A stretch of DNA of 61,052 nucleotides, the filler included, from Sphacelaria rigidula (taxonomy: Eukaryota): assembly GCA_964200075.2 (NCBI GenBank). It is 8 parts of 8 records of this genome, joined end to end, with 100 filler letters (N's around TTAATTAATTAA, not from the genome) between each part and the next. Parts side by side here need not be neighbours in the genome. Positions count along the whole stretch, not along the records: positions 45,866 to 53,409 come from CAXNAA020014413.1; positions 53,510 to 61,052 come from CAXNAA020014414.1; 6 more parts are not named here. One strand, given 5' to 3'. Shown here one piece after another: positions 49,160 to 61,052 of the stretch. The notes beneath the pieces are model-generated. The model was not told the origin of the DNA. It worked only from the letters and a program-made list of their open reading frames with translations, and made no database searches. The translations under genes and the position numbers were made by a program. Position 1 is the stretch's first letter. Every line of letters starts with the position of its first letter.

Positions 49160-51587
49160 TACCCAACACACCCCGTCACTGAATCTACGCCATCAGACGT
49201 GTATCTTCCCGAGTTAGTGCCCCACAAGGGCAGAACCCAACGCAGTGTTGAACAAGAGGGAACGAGCACTCAAGCTCGGATACGCTACCGGAGATGAGAA
49301 GGTTTCCGGGTCCCATGGGTGCCGCCGAAACGGGCCTCTATCCCGTATTCCCAACCATAGAGGTGTGAGTGGAGTTTTCTCCTTCCATTTCACACGGTCT
49401 TCGATCGATTGCGCTGTTCTCTGCTCAATAAGTGATGCCTGGTGAGACACTTGGCGAATCTTTTGAGGGGGGATTTTACAGGGTGGATAATGACCCTGTA
49501 TTGTAGACTGTAGAGCAATTGGATCACGGCTACACCTTCTCCAGTCTAATGATGACTTGGTGGGAAATATATCCTGCGACTTTGCCCCCCACTGGATCAC
49601 AAGTGAAAGCACACGAGAGCAACCAATTCTCAAGGCAAACTGATAATCGTCTCCCGACTATTGTATTACACTTCACATCTGCTGACCGCTGCTAACACCC
49701 ATCATCCGCCAAGGATCGACTCACATGCTGAGCAAGGTGATTGCGCACATCTCCACTTCTGCATTTGGACTGAGACAGGCAAGATCCAACCAGTATTCTG
49801 TGGTTTCTACCGTAGGTCTGACCGTATCGGATTGAAAGTGTCACGGTAATTAGGTGGCCAGCGAAGCCTGGTGTGAAACGTGTCCCCGACTGGTGAAGGT
49901 CCCTGCGTTTTCAACACTGGTACATATTTGCGTCTGCGACGGTACATATGTGTTGAAACCGTCTCTTGACTAGTGGAGCAAACACTTCAAGGCTCCAGAA
50001 TCTTCTTTTCATTGTGGGTCGTACAACGCAAAACGTTCAAGACGCTGTATGCTCGTGTACTGTTTCGTCTGTAATGAGAAACGATATCGGTCTGAGGATC
50101 GTATGTTCAGCTAGAATTGTCCAACTGCCCAACAGTCATCCGTCCGCCCCCGCTTCTTGTCGAAGTGTCCGTCTGTGCTGTGTACATTCCAATGTTTTCT
50201 TTCTTCTTACGGTTAGCTGCAAAACAATCTTCACGACACGTGACTTGTTTCTTCATCTTCACGTGCGGCACATTTGAGATACCGGCCCATTTTCCGCGTT
50301 AAGCTTCGTGCAAAGTCCAGCAAATTGCGGATCGTATCCATGCCCACTAACTCCTCACATCCTCATCCTTCTTCGCACTTGATTGTGCACCAAAACATAG
50401 TGCTCGTGTAAGAAGAGAGATTCTCCTCACTTGGTCGAACAGACCAGGATATATTCATCAAAAGATGGGCAACATTCACAACTCACGTTATCAAATATCA
50501 TCATATCGCGGCGAAAAAATATACACCCGAATGAGATATACCATTACGGGAGAAACATACCCCGCATGCTACCCCAACAAGTTATGCTGCATTTCCTCCC
50601 GCCCTCCCCCCTGTCCTGACTCGACATTACAATGAATGAATGCTTGCGCGAAGCCAAATATATAATAACCGCCGCTTTGACTAGTAACCATTACGAGAGC
50701 AGCGCTGACCAAGTATAAGTAACTACATCAACTACAAACTGATCCACGTATAACGACGTACAATACTTTCCCTTCCTCCCCGTCTCAAATCTCGGTAACA
50801 ATTCGTTCCCTCATTTTGCCCCTCCTGCCACACGTGCCGTACAAGGCAAAAAAATGAGACATCGACTGTGCAGGAATGTACAAGACAGGGGCAACAGCGT
50901 GCCTCAACACCTTTCACCGCATGACAGAACATCGATATACACATGACATATATTTCAAGAGAAGTATTCATTACAACGAGACTCAACCCATTCCGACTTT
51001 CCAGACCCCCGCCACATCCCTGCATCGTGCAACTTCAACGTCATCAGGAATGTGATTCAGCACACTAACGGTGACGAGTGAACCAAATCCCACATCATTT
51101 TCGGGATGACATGGCGATAGTACCGCAACAAATAGATCGTACTATGCAAGACGGAAACGAGGTAAGGATGATCCAAGTAAGATTACTCACTTAAGGTCCC
51201 CAGTAACCGTTCGCACCATACACGCTTCGAGCGACAGACATATCAGAACGGTACCGAGACGATGACTGTCGAATATACATGGTTGCGCTCCACACGCACT
51301 CTTTGCAACATGTAACCGTCAAGTACATGATGATGTTTGCTTGCTGTTTTTTTCTTCTTAATCGACCTTACACTTCTCCACCCGAAATGACCATCCACAC
51401 GCTCTGCCGCTGCACCCCCCATTCGTTCGACAGCCAACGACTCGTCATTGCGTTCATGAAACCCAGCGCCATAAATCAGATGATAACCAAACTAAAGATA
51501 CAAGAAGGGTAATTGGATATCACGCTATCGATGACTGGGGGTGCGTAAGGGAAGGGAGGGGGGGATATATATATATATATATATATA

Positions 51588-52522
51588 TGATGAGAAGTCA
51601 TATCGCAGTTTGTACCTGAAACCACGACGGAATCATCCAACGCTCCGTACAAGCCAACGGACCATTGGACGTCATGGAGAGTAAGATGGTATCAACGTGG
51701 ACACCACCTCTCCATTATATTGAAAAACCCCAGCTGCAGAGTGTTGCATGAAATAAAAGAGTGACGACACAACGACGGGTGATGCCGGTCGTACAACGCA
51801 AAATCATGAACCTCAGCGATCTCTCAAAAATGGGGTAAGATACAGTTGACTCGTGTTAGGTTCCTTCAAAACAAGGGATTGCCAACACACGCACACACCA
51901 CTTCAGTCCCTCGCACCTCTGCTCTTTACTCTACATGAGGTTGAAGCAACACGTCATCAGAAATAACATTCAACTCGTGCACCACTGATACAACTGAAAA
52001 AAAATCAACCGGAGCAAAGCTAGTACGGAAGTAAAAATAGTATGAGAAATAGTATGAGAAACGTACGAAACATGAACTGCTCGCCCCACCGTGATTCAAC
52101 GTCGAATACATTTCACCGTGTAAAGACTTACAAGAGGTGTGTCACCCAGCAACAGATTTTTCGAGGCGGGCCGACGACGGCTGACAACGGTTGCAACGAC
52201 GGGTTAAATTGTTTCTCCTTCACGCAGCAGAGCGTCAAATCAACAGCGACAGAAACCGACAGATATGCACGACATACTTTCACAACGCACACGTCACTCG
52301 ATCGAAGCACCACTCTCAACTCCATGTACAGTGTTCAGACGTACACCTGCAGATCAAGACCCTTTTCACTCGGTCCACTCACGGCAAAGCGAAGATATTA
52401 CTTGAAAAAAATAGTTCGTACCGGAACAAACGAGACAATATTTCGAGCCCATACCCTCAAACACCACTCGACTCGCAGTACGTTCAACATCTCAATGAAT
52501 TGAGCACCTCGCGGTGACATCA
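51588..52522 (+). mobile_element. Candidate 3' LTR of gypsy element 2
   Basis: Purine tract AAGGGAAGGGAGGGGGGGA (51547-51565), then (TA)n, then TGATG...CATCA spanning 935 bp. Inverted ends are only 5 bp and there is no second LTR to confirm. Confidence 0.35.
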
Positions 52523-52894
52523 ATTATCCAAATATACAAGGGCATCGCACGAAAACCACACAGAGAAGACACCTCGAGGGCAAAGCTTCGACGTCACCGA
52601 ACGAAACCACCAAGATTTGCTTGAGAACCCCAAACCCTCAAGCGTCGACGCTCATAATATCGTGCGATGAGTCATCCTCCAGGGGTTGGTGGCTGTTGCT
52701 GCTTCCTCGGAACACAGACTGGCACATTTCAGCGAACCAATCGCCGCATGAGTAGTCCACGCAGCTGGGTATGGAACAAACGGGAGATGACAGGGATCCA
52801 CAGACACGAGAACGTTCACCGCGGGAATGAGATTGCCGTATCACCAAGAGGCGTTCCAACTACAACGGGTCAACAACAAATGTGGGGGGGTGTG

Positions 52895-53240
52895 CATGTG
52901 TGTGTTGTCCCACTTATTTTGGACGCCAGTCTGCACCTTTCGGTAATGTGGGCGCACCAGCCGGGATCACACAGAAGGAAGGTCAACACGGGAGTTTTTT
53001 CGTTTGTTTTTCGTACCGCACCTTCCTCATACGGTGCTTGCGTTTATTTTTCATCGCGAGAAAGGTTCAGCAGTGCCTTCTCCTCTTCGACGGTTGAGTC
53101 GAATTACGTGTACCCACGACATCGTCGCTCTCCACTGTTGAGTATGTTGTGAAAATCGAAGATCGCTCGAGGAATTGAACCCCACTACTCAGCCACCAAT
53201 AGGTTTTGAGGTTACCAACTGACCCACCAGGGCGACCGGC
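52895..53240 (-). mobile_element. tRNA-derived SINE, copy 1
   Basis: Minus-strand head GGTCGCCCTGGTGGGTCAGTTGGTAACCTC (box A-like) ...GGGTTCAATTCC (box B-like); ~340-bp body homologous to 60700-61052; CA-rich tail. Confidence 0.8.
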
Positions 53241-53647
53241 TGTGCTCGCCTTTTTTGGATCGCTAGAGTTTCGACATTTCCTTCCCCATGTCGACCGTGA
53301 AGCCGAATTTTGCAAAGGTCGGCCACATAATGATTCGTCTGGAAATTACTTGGTTTTAGTATATTTGATTCGAATCGTGCAAATCAATCCTTAGGCTTTG
53401 TTTTCAGCGNNNNNNNNNNNNNNNNNNNNNNNNNNNNNNNNNNNNNNNNNNNNTTAATTAATTAANNNNNNNNNNNNNNNNNNNNNNNNNNNNNNNNNNN
53501 NNNNNNNNNTGTTGCTTGCCTTAGTCGTTTGACCACTGACCACGCATCCCTCTCGAGACGGAGCACCGTGTGTATATCGGGGAGGGCTTTATTGATCCCG
53601 ATCAAAGTCAGACCACCATATCGCCCCAGAAGCTTCGAAGATCTTAC

Positions 53648-56600
53648 CACGACAAAGTATCGCACCCGTAGCTCTTTTTTCTCGCCCGGCAAGGGATTTC
53701 CTCCGCAAAACCTGTTGAGATCTTCATTCAAAGCCACAAGCTCCAAAACACCGCCACCTAGTCTCTCCACCCTTCCCTGCATGCGTGCGGTAACGTCTAT
53801 GTGCCTCGGCGTCACCCGCTGTAGATATCTGGGTATTGAGCCAACGGTTCAGTACAGTAACTAGCCGTGGTGGCGTGTATCCCGACGGGAGGCACGGGGG
53901 TTCAGGGTTTACTCATGATCTCGCATGCCGTAGTGATAGGACCATTGACCTCGCATCCCTACAAAGCCTGGACGGAGCACGCCGCTGTATTGCCGGACCA
54001 GGCTCGAAATCAATCACCAAGAGAAAAGCGGCGTGATTTATTCGGCGAATCGCGTGAAACGTGTGTAGCATCCTACCGAGATTTTTCTGCCCGAAGCCTA
54101 CTGATTATCTTGCACTTGGATGACAGCCTCGAAGTTGCTTCATTTTCTGGTATCAACGCTTCCAGAGACAGCCACGGGTCACACGCTGCTGTCATGGGTG
54201 TCTCACCTTTAAAAAACTACGTACAGTACGCGCATCCCAGGCACATGGAAATGGAGGCAAAAATTGCGTAGATACATCATATTTGTTCTTTTACTCGAAG
54301 TAAACTTCTCCCCTTTTTCGAGCAACCAGGCCTTGAAAATCGTTGATATGGTGATCTGAATCAGCTATGATTCGTGCGACGCTTGCACCCTCCTTTCCTC
54401 GCGAGTACCGCAGTCTCTAATGAGTCGATTCATGCCGAATCAACCCGGAGGAAGTAGACTTGTCACGGGCGAATGCTCAGGCAGCTATGGACGGATTCTA
54501 GGATCCCCCTACTGGTCAACAGTCAATCGGTGAATGCCAAGGGGTATCATACTGCATGCGTTGGTACTCTGTACTCACTCTAGGTCAGCAATCAACGATC
54601 GTAGCCGTCTGAGACGCTTATTCTGGTCTCGACTGACTGGCATTCCCATGTCCTTGCGATTCTGCAGGGCCAGCAGATCCGACAATTCCCTCTGGATCAC
54701 CGTCAGTCGCTGATCGATGCCCTCCCGCGTTTGCCCGTACACCGCGGACTCTATGACTATAAGTGGAGCCAGGATCGGTCTGCGCACAAGTCCCCGCACG
54801 TTGCGTGAGAATCGAGCGACAAACATCGGGAAGATGTAACCAGGCGCAGTGGAAGCAGAGAGAGCAGGTGTGGGGGCGCGCGCGGGGGGGTACTCATGAC
54901 CTTGCATGTCATAGTCGTATGACCCTTAACCTCGCATCCCTACGAAGTCGGGACGGAGCATGCCGGGTGTCGGCCGGACCAGGCTCGCAATCAACCATGA
55001 AGCACGAAGCGCCGTGATGTGTTCGTTCGGTGAGTCGCATGAAGGGTGAGCTACATTCTGCGAAGGTTGTTCGCCCAGAAGCTTACCGACCATGGTATCT
55101 TGGATATGGATGGCAGCCCTGCAATATAGTTGCTTCATTTTCTGGTATCTCCACTTCCAGAGACAGTCACGGGTTACGCACTGCCTCATGGGCGTCTCAC
55201 AATTTAAACACTACGTAGTACGATCATCCCCTTTGCGCGGAGTTGAGATTCTCCACCCCGCACAATATGGTCTAGCTCGACCACCGTCATGATTGCCGCA
55301 AAAATATGCAAGCGAAATGAAAACGGTAACCTGGTTGCCTCGCTTACGCAGTGAGCGACGTGTTTTTACAGCGTCGTTGCCAACCGACGCCAGCCCTTCA
55401 AGGGTGGGGGGAAGGGGGGGGAGGGGGGGGGGGCGTACTCATTTGTTGCTTGTCTTAGTCGTTTGACCATTGACCATGACTAGAAGGGGGGGGGGGGGGG
55501 GCAGATACTACTTCAGGTTCATCACCCGAGGTGTTTCGACATTGGCTCAAGTCGCTGATCTTCTTCCTCCTCATCCTACAGGTGGTAAACGGGTGGTACT
55601 AGTAATAGCAGTTGTGTATGCGCATACGTTAAACATGGGGCATATCACCGGAGGGACAGGTGAGCAAAATACTTCAATGTGAGACCGGTCACGCAATACT
55701 TGCAGTACAATATGCGGGGCAACTCTCTCACTTTAGTTTCAGGCGGTAACCAATTAGTATAAAAGCTTTTCAGGGTTCACAAAATTCTTTGGACCTTCGA
55801 GATTTAACTTTAAGGTTCAAATTGAAAATCGACCTTCGAAAAGTGACGTTCAAAGGTTGGAGACGAGGCTCAACTTGAAGCTTCAATCTAAAGGTCCCAT
55901 CGTGTTGAAGCTCGCATCTACGGTGCGGGTACTCGATTGAACCTTGCAAGGTCAAACTCGAATCTTACAATCGAAATGATAGGTTGCTCATGTAGCATAG
56001 CATACCTATATTATTTTTCATTTTACCACTCGCCAGCTGACATCATATTTTATACACCTTCGACCAGAAAGCCACCTCAATACGCTCACACACATCCAGC
56101 AAATGCTAACTGGGATCAAGAAACGACCTCCGTACTCTTCTACTTTCTGCTATTCCGCTCCACCCGTCATATCTCACTAACAACAACGCGACATTTTTTC
56201 AAGGAGTCAAGGAGACGGTACGATATGAATCTACAACGGCTTACTTGATAAAGGGGTGACAATTGCAAAATTGAAGAAGAATCTCAGCTAGTTCTTGGAG
56301 TCAGCTGTACCTTGCGGGCTGAGATTAACATGCGATGTTGGGATCGATCAGCGCTCACGTGCAACTAATGCTGATGGGGGTGACGAGACGACCGTCACAC
56401 TCTTGCGCTTCGGCCTTCCCTTCCGTTCCGAGAATCTCGTAATGCAGCATAACGACCTTGTCGCGTCCCGGACAGGGGTCTCCAAACAAATCCACCAGCG
56501 GCTCTTTCTTCGACAAAAAAAGATATCCCCCCCCGGCTAAGTCTACACGCCCTTGCATGAACTCCGTGACGTCGAACTGTAAGGGAAATAGAGCAAAGGT

Positions 56601-56789
56601 GCGTGTCCGTGAGTGGCGCGTGTTTACGAATGTCGTGGATTTCCGCGTTCCGATAACAGGACAGACCTCCGAACGAATCGACCACAAGGGTCATCCATGG
56701 ACAACACTACGTACGATATTCGGGCTACGTCTTCATATCTTTGCGTGAAATCTTGTCATGTCGAACCGTTCCGAAGTAGCAGAAATCAT

Positions 56790-56849
<60 letters not shown>

Positions 56850-59800
56850 AAGCACACAGGAGGTCATGTAGTACGTGAAATGTCAACAGTAAACAACCTC
56901 TGTCCTCCGCAGGGCAAATGATCGATATCTTAACGCTTTCTTTAACACGTTACTCGTAGTGTTCCTTTCCCGCAAAAATGGATTGCGAGCGGTTGTCGTT
57001 GAACATAAGGCAAGGCCCAACGTCGGAGACAAATTGTGAAGTATTTCACCGCAGTACCCGTGGTACGCTTCGTCTCCTGTTTCCATTCATTGAACAGGAG
57101 GCCTTTCGTCGCCACTAACCACAGCGCTAGCACAAGAGCGCATGGTGGGCTATCCTACACAGCAAACCTCGAGCCTTGGTGGCTGTGATACATGGCCGTC
57201 TGTATGCTGAACAGGTATATGGCTAGATAGAAGAGGAATCCCTCTCCATAGAGAGATACGGTCATATATCATAGCATGGTGCCCTTAAGAACGGCGCAGA
57301 CTGCCGCCATGAAGACATATCTCCGGGCAAGTTATGATGCAAACGTCTACAACACACGTGGCTCATTGGGTATCAAGTTTTCGCCCATCAAGTGGAAGTA
57401 ATTTCGTCACTGCTAGCCACATTACTAGCACTAGAGGGTATATAGTGGACCATTATATACCCCAAAATTTGGGCCTTGGTGGCTTGAAGAACGGCACAAA
57501 CTCCCGCTTGTAGAGAAACCGTCATAATCCAATTGCATAATGAAAGCATTCAGGGGAAACCATGTTGTAGCGTGGATGATGTAGCAGAGCATAATATCCA
57601 GCTGACTGCATATAGATGCATGCAAACCATTTCTTCAAGGCAGGAACAATTGCAGCCGAAACAAACGTAACTCACAGTTCCTCGCCCTCGACACGATCCC
57701 CCTGGAGATCCATACTCCGCCGAAAAGAGAAGAACTAAAGGCAGCTTTGAGTTCACTTTCAGGGATACATCCTTGGCGAGATGCCCCTCCTGCTTTACGC
57801 GCAGTTTTGACAGCACGTGATGGATCAGGTACGCTCCCAGCCGTTGACATTGACTGTGACCTGTCGAAGTAGTAACTGTGACTGTAGCAGAAGTTCACTC
57901 GTGAGCGTTCAGGAAATGTGCGTTTGGAACGCGCACAATGCGGAGGTTGGGGCAACAAATCGGTACACTGCTGCCCGCCGAGCATGTGGCTGTATCGTCC
58001 GGAAAAAACACGACCGTGCGCTATCGTGGAAGCTCCACTTCGGACATGGTTGTACATGAATGAGCAGGTAAAATGTGTTTATGATATTTCAGTTCCACCA
58101 AGGATATCCATTTGGGGTATTGACGCACACCAGGGATGTTCCCCCTGGGACTTGGGTATTTATCTGGGACATCCACTTGGGATACGGAAGTTCATCTAGG
58201 ATACCCACCACGGATTTCACGACCATCTGAGGCACCCACTTGGACTCGACTTCGTCTGGGGTACCTCTTTGGGACGTCATCTCTGCCCATGCAATATGTT
58301 ATATCAGCGGGCACCCACCAAGCTGTATGCCTCACTAGCGTACCCTGCACTGCGCTCCACTAGCACACGCTAGTCCAGACATGTGCCCTATTGGCGCATA
58401 GTGCACTGCGCTCTGCTAGCTCACGCGCACGTAATATTACGGTCAACAGCGCGCAAGTTCTGCACGGGGGTAGCTTCAGGTTCAACGCTTCGGTTGGAGT
58501 TTTGGCTCGGGTCGGATCAATACCGGCAACCTTCCCTGAGAGGAAATCGTTGGCACGGAAAATTGGTCTCGGCAGCTGAGATGTTCAAGACCGACGTCAA
58601 CGTCGAAGGTAGATCGCTAGGGTGTCCTAGGTCGAGGTGTACATCGTATATTAGATGGATGAGCAAGTTATGGATATGCGTTCCAGATGGATGCTATTGA
58701 CGGATGGTGTAATATCCCGAATGGACATCCTAGATGGATATTTGAATCTCAGATGGATGTCGTGGACGGATATCGCGGGTGGTATCCACATCCCATATGG
58801 ATGTCAATCTGGAATACTTCAACGTTCCAACTGGAGGTGAGATCCTCGATGAATTTCCCAAATGGATATCCATATCTCAAATGGAGCTATTTAGCACGGC
58901 AATGCAGGGATTCCAGAAGACTGATGATTGCGTAAAGGATCATCCATCCTCGAACAATAGGTCCCCCCACAAGTTGCCTTCGCTCTACAAGGACACAAAA
59001 ACCATACGCGGCCAAATATTCTAGGTACCAGGCTCGACATGTCTACTTTTTCACGTAAATGGAGGCAAAATGGAGACTGTTGGCCTGTCTTGTTCGAAAA
59101 AGTCGAGATGCATGCCGGCGTTTCAAGAAAAGACGACGTGGTTGCCAAGTCTACCTTGGATTTTACGTATTACCTTAGATTCTTGGAGCCATACTTCGCG
59201 TCGACGACCGCGTGCCCTTCCCGACAAGAACATGTACCGGATCCGGAGCGTTTTGGATTCGCCAGGACACGGGTTTCCCAGCCAGGCCGTGAGGTCTTCC
59301 GTGCACGTGATTTCCAGACGATCCGATACGCCCTTCGGGTGTATGTGGCGGTTGAATAAGAACGCTGTATTGCTCGGCGACGTGGCAGAGACACGTGAGT
59401 GCTTCGCGACAGACATACACGCCATTCAGAGAGCATCTGATACCGACCGCAGAAACGCAAAGTCTTCGGGTCTATTTTGGATCAAGTCTGCTTCACTCTC
59501 ACTGACGTTCATCGGTGTGCTTGTTATGAATTCACCATCATTGGCGTATGTTCTTGCGAACGCTTCCGATGGCAAAACAAACAGCATGCATGCGCCATTC
59601 ACGCAGTGTACATACAGCGCATCCGATGGCAGCCAGAATTGCAAGACACCCTGTTCTGCAATTATCAAGTATCGACGTAGCTGTCCCGCTAGAGGTACAA
59701 GGATAGAACCCCACGATTCTTATCGCTTTGGCTGGTGGTCGTGGTACTCGGGTTTGGCTCCCTTCCTCTTTGGCTTCGCGTGTTGAGTGGACCAATGAGC

Positions 59801-60304
59801 CCTGCCTCCAGGAGCCCCAATCGTTGCATACGGCATCGGAACTTAGGGGGCTAGCAGTGTTTTTTTTTCCTTTCTCTTCTTTTTTCTCTTCTTCTTATTT
59901 ATTCTTTTGTATCGCGTTTGGGTGATTTGTTTTCTTGGTTCGATTTTGTTCTGAATTTATTTTACCCTATATTGGGGTAGTCAGCCTGTGACCACGGAAG
60001 GAGTCCGCATCAGATGCCCAGTACAGAGTACTGCGCAGATATCGGAACGGATTTTTGATGTGAAGACGACAACAACAACGACGACTTGGCGTGTGTTGCC
60101 ACGCAAGTCTCACACACTTGGTGATAAAACTACGCGATCCGAACTGTATACCTCTAGCTCTTCCCGCATGCCTCACCACGCGCGCTTGCAGCAGTCGGCG
60201 GACATCGAAAGCTAGCCGAGGGTCTTTCTTGTGTCCGTATGACGCGGCCACGACCCGTAAGTCTCCCATCCCCAGAGGTTCGTCCCAGTACAGCGTTCGT
60301 GGGT
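53648..60304 (-). CDS. Partial multi-exon gene with three DUF3395 (DNAJC11 C-terminal)/SUEL-lectin-like repeats; exons 60177-60304, 59174-59332, 57676-57792, 56359-56576, 54579-54779, 53648-53828
   Basis: All six exons are AG/GT-bounded and phase-consistent (0,0,0,2,2). The motif V..A.YG...DV...(L/M)Q.RV...L...L....G(D/N)P(C/L)PG..K.(L/V)...Y occurs three times. Confidence 0.85.
53905..54225 (+). repeat. Family B repeat (intronic)
   Basis: GGGTTTACTCATGATCTCGCATGCCGTAGTGATAGGACCATTGACCTCGC... homologous to the other copies. Confidence 0.85.
54883..55500 (+). repeat. Family B repeat followed by a G-tract and a variant terminus
   Basis: Full left terminus at 54884; G-tract 55401-55434; GTACTCATTTGTTGCTTGTCTTAGTCGTTTGACCATTGACC also occurs at 53510 and, inverted, at 3090-3130. 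Confidence 0.85.
55771..55946. mobile_element. Possible short hAT-like MITE
   Basis: CAGGGTTCA...TGAACCTTG termini; repeated ACCTTCGA / AAGGTT motifs; no TSD seen. Confidence 0.4.
56792..56849. repeat. (GT)n microsatellite
   Basis: About 29 perfect GT units in an intron. Confidence 0.95.
58091..58888. mobile_element. Degenerate foldback element with modular GGATATCC / CCA.TTGGG subrepeats
   Basis: GGATATCCATTTGGG (58102) versus CCCAAATGGATATCC (58857); CACGACCATCTGAG versus CTCAGATGGATGTCGTG. Confidence 0.6.
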
Positions 60305-60699
60305 CTTGTAGAACCGTGCAACAACGCATGCACCACCGGTATGTGTCTATCACCGCCTCGTTGCCCTGTGGATGTGTCAAGGCAGTAACTCGCGCGTGGT
60401 CCGGTTTATGCATAGGCCGCGCGTATGCTAAATATGATGTATCATATTTTGAGATAATTCATCCGTGAAACTCTGCCCGCCATCCGAGGAATCTACACGA
60501 ACACCCCAACATACTCAACCCCTTCGGGTCGAGATGCCACAGATCGACTTTATTATGTCAACCATTAAAACTACAAGTACAATGTGAATGTGCAGCTTTT
60601 ACGTTGAAGCGATATTGTATGGACGGAGGTTTTGGGACCTTTAAAGTGCGACAATCAAAATCGATCAAAACCAAGGTTTGAGACCGCGGAAATGTGTGC

Positions 60700-61052
60700 T
60701 GCGTCGTGTGTTGTCGTCCCATTTACTCTGGACGCCGGTCTGCACCTCTTTTTGGTATATGTGGGCGCACCAGCCGGGGTCACACAGGAGGAGGGTCAAC
60801 ACAGGAGTTTTTCTTGTATTTTTTGTTTCTAGTACTCCAACTTGCCTCTGCGGTGCTTGCCTTTATTTGTTATCGCGGGAGGGGTTCAGCAGCCCCTTTC
60901 CCTCATCGACCGTGAAGTCGAATTTTGTGTATCCACGACATAGTCGCTCTCCTCTGTTGGGCTTGGTGTGAGAAAAATGCCAGATCGCTCTGAGATTTGA
61001 AACCACGACCCAACCGCCAGAGGGTTTCGAGGTTACCAACTGAGCCACCGGG
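60700..61052 (-). mobile_element. tRNA-derived SINE, copy 2 (head cut by window end)
   Basis: Minus strand CCCGGTGGCTCAGTTGGTAACCTCGAAAC...GGTTTCAAATC (box A TGGCTCAGTTGG; box B-like); homologous to 52895-53240. Confidence 0.82.

Noticed and set aside
60975..61052. tRNA gene
   Set aside because: Box A/B are present but it is the head of a ~340-bp dispersed SINE with no convincing cloverleaf.

Overview
This is not one locus. It is eight unlinked eukaryotic contigs (7545, six of 7544, and 7543 bp) joined by artificial 100-nt linkers (N44-TTAATTAATTAA-N44) that recur exactly every 7644 nt, as expected for a length-sorted concatenation. The stramenopile-type histones, intron-rich genes and repeat content suggest a brown alga (Phaeophyceae); this is inference. 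Genes: an intact divergent H2A-H2B pair with conserved 3' stem-loops; a head-to-head pair of first exons (a Gln/Ala-rich protein and a 2OG-Fe(II) oxygenase); and six phase-consistent exons of a protein with three DUF3395/SUEL-like repeats. Mobile DNA: two decayed Ty3/gypsy elements (one with a chromodomain, one with a chromo-like plus Tudor-like tail), an intron-containing PIF/Harbinger transposase relic, tRNA-derived SINEs, many MITE/foldback families and a very abundant unclassified G-tract-associated repeat. No rRNA, true tRNA or CRISPR array was found. The most interesting items are the histone stem-loop variant with HDE-like motifs, the integrase-chromo-Tudor fusion, and the unclassified repeat.
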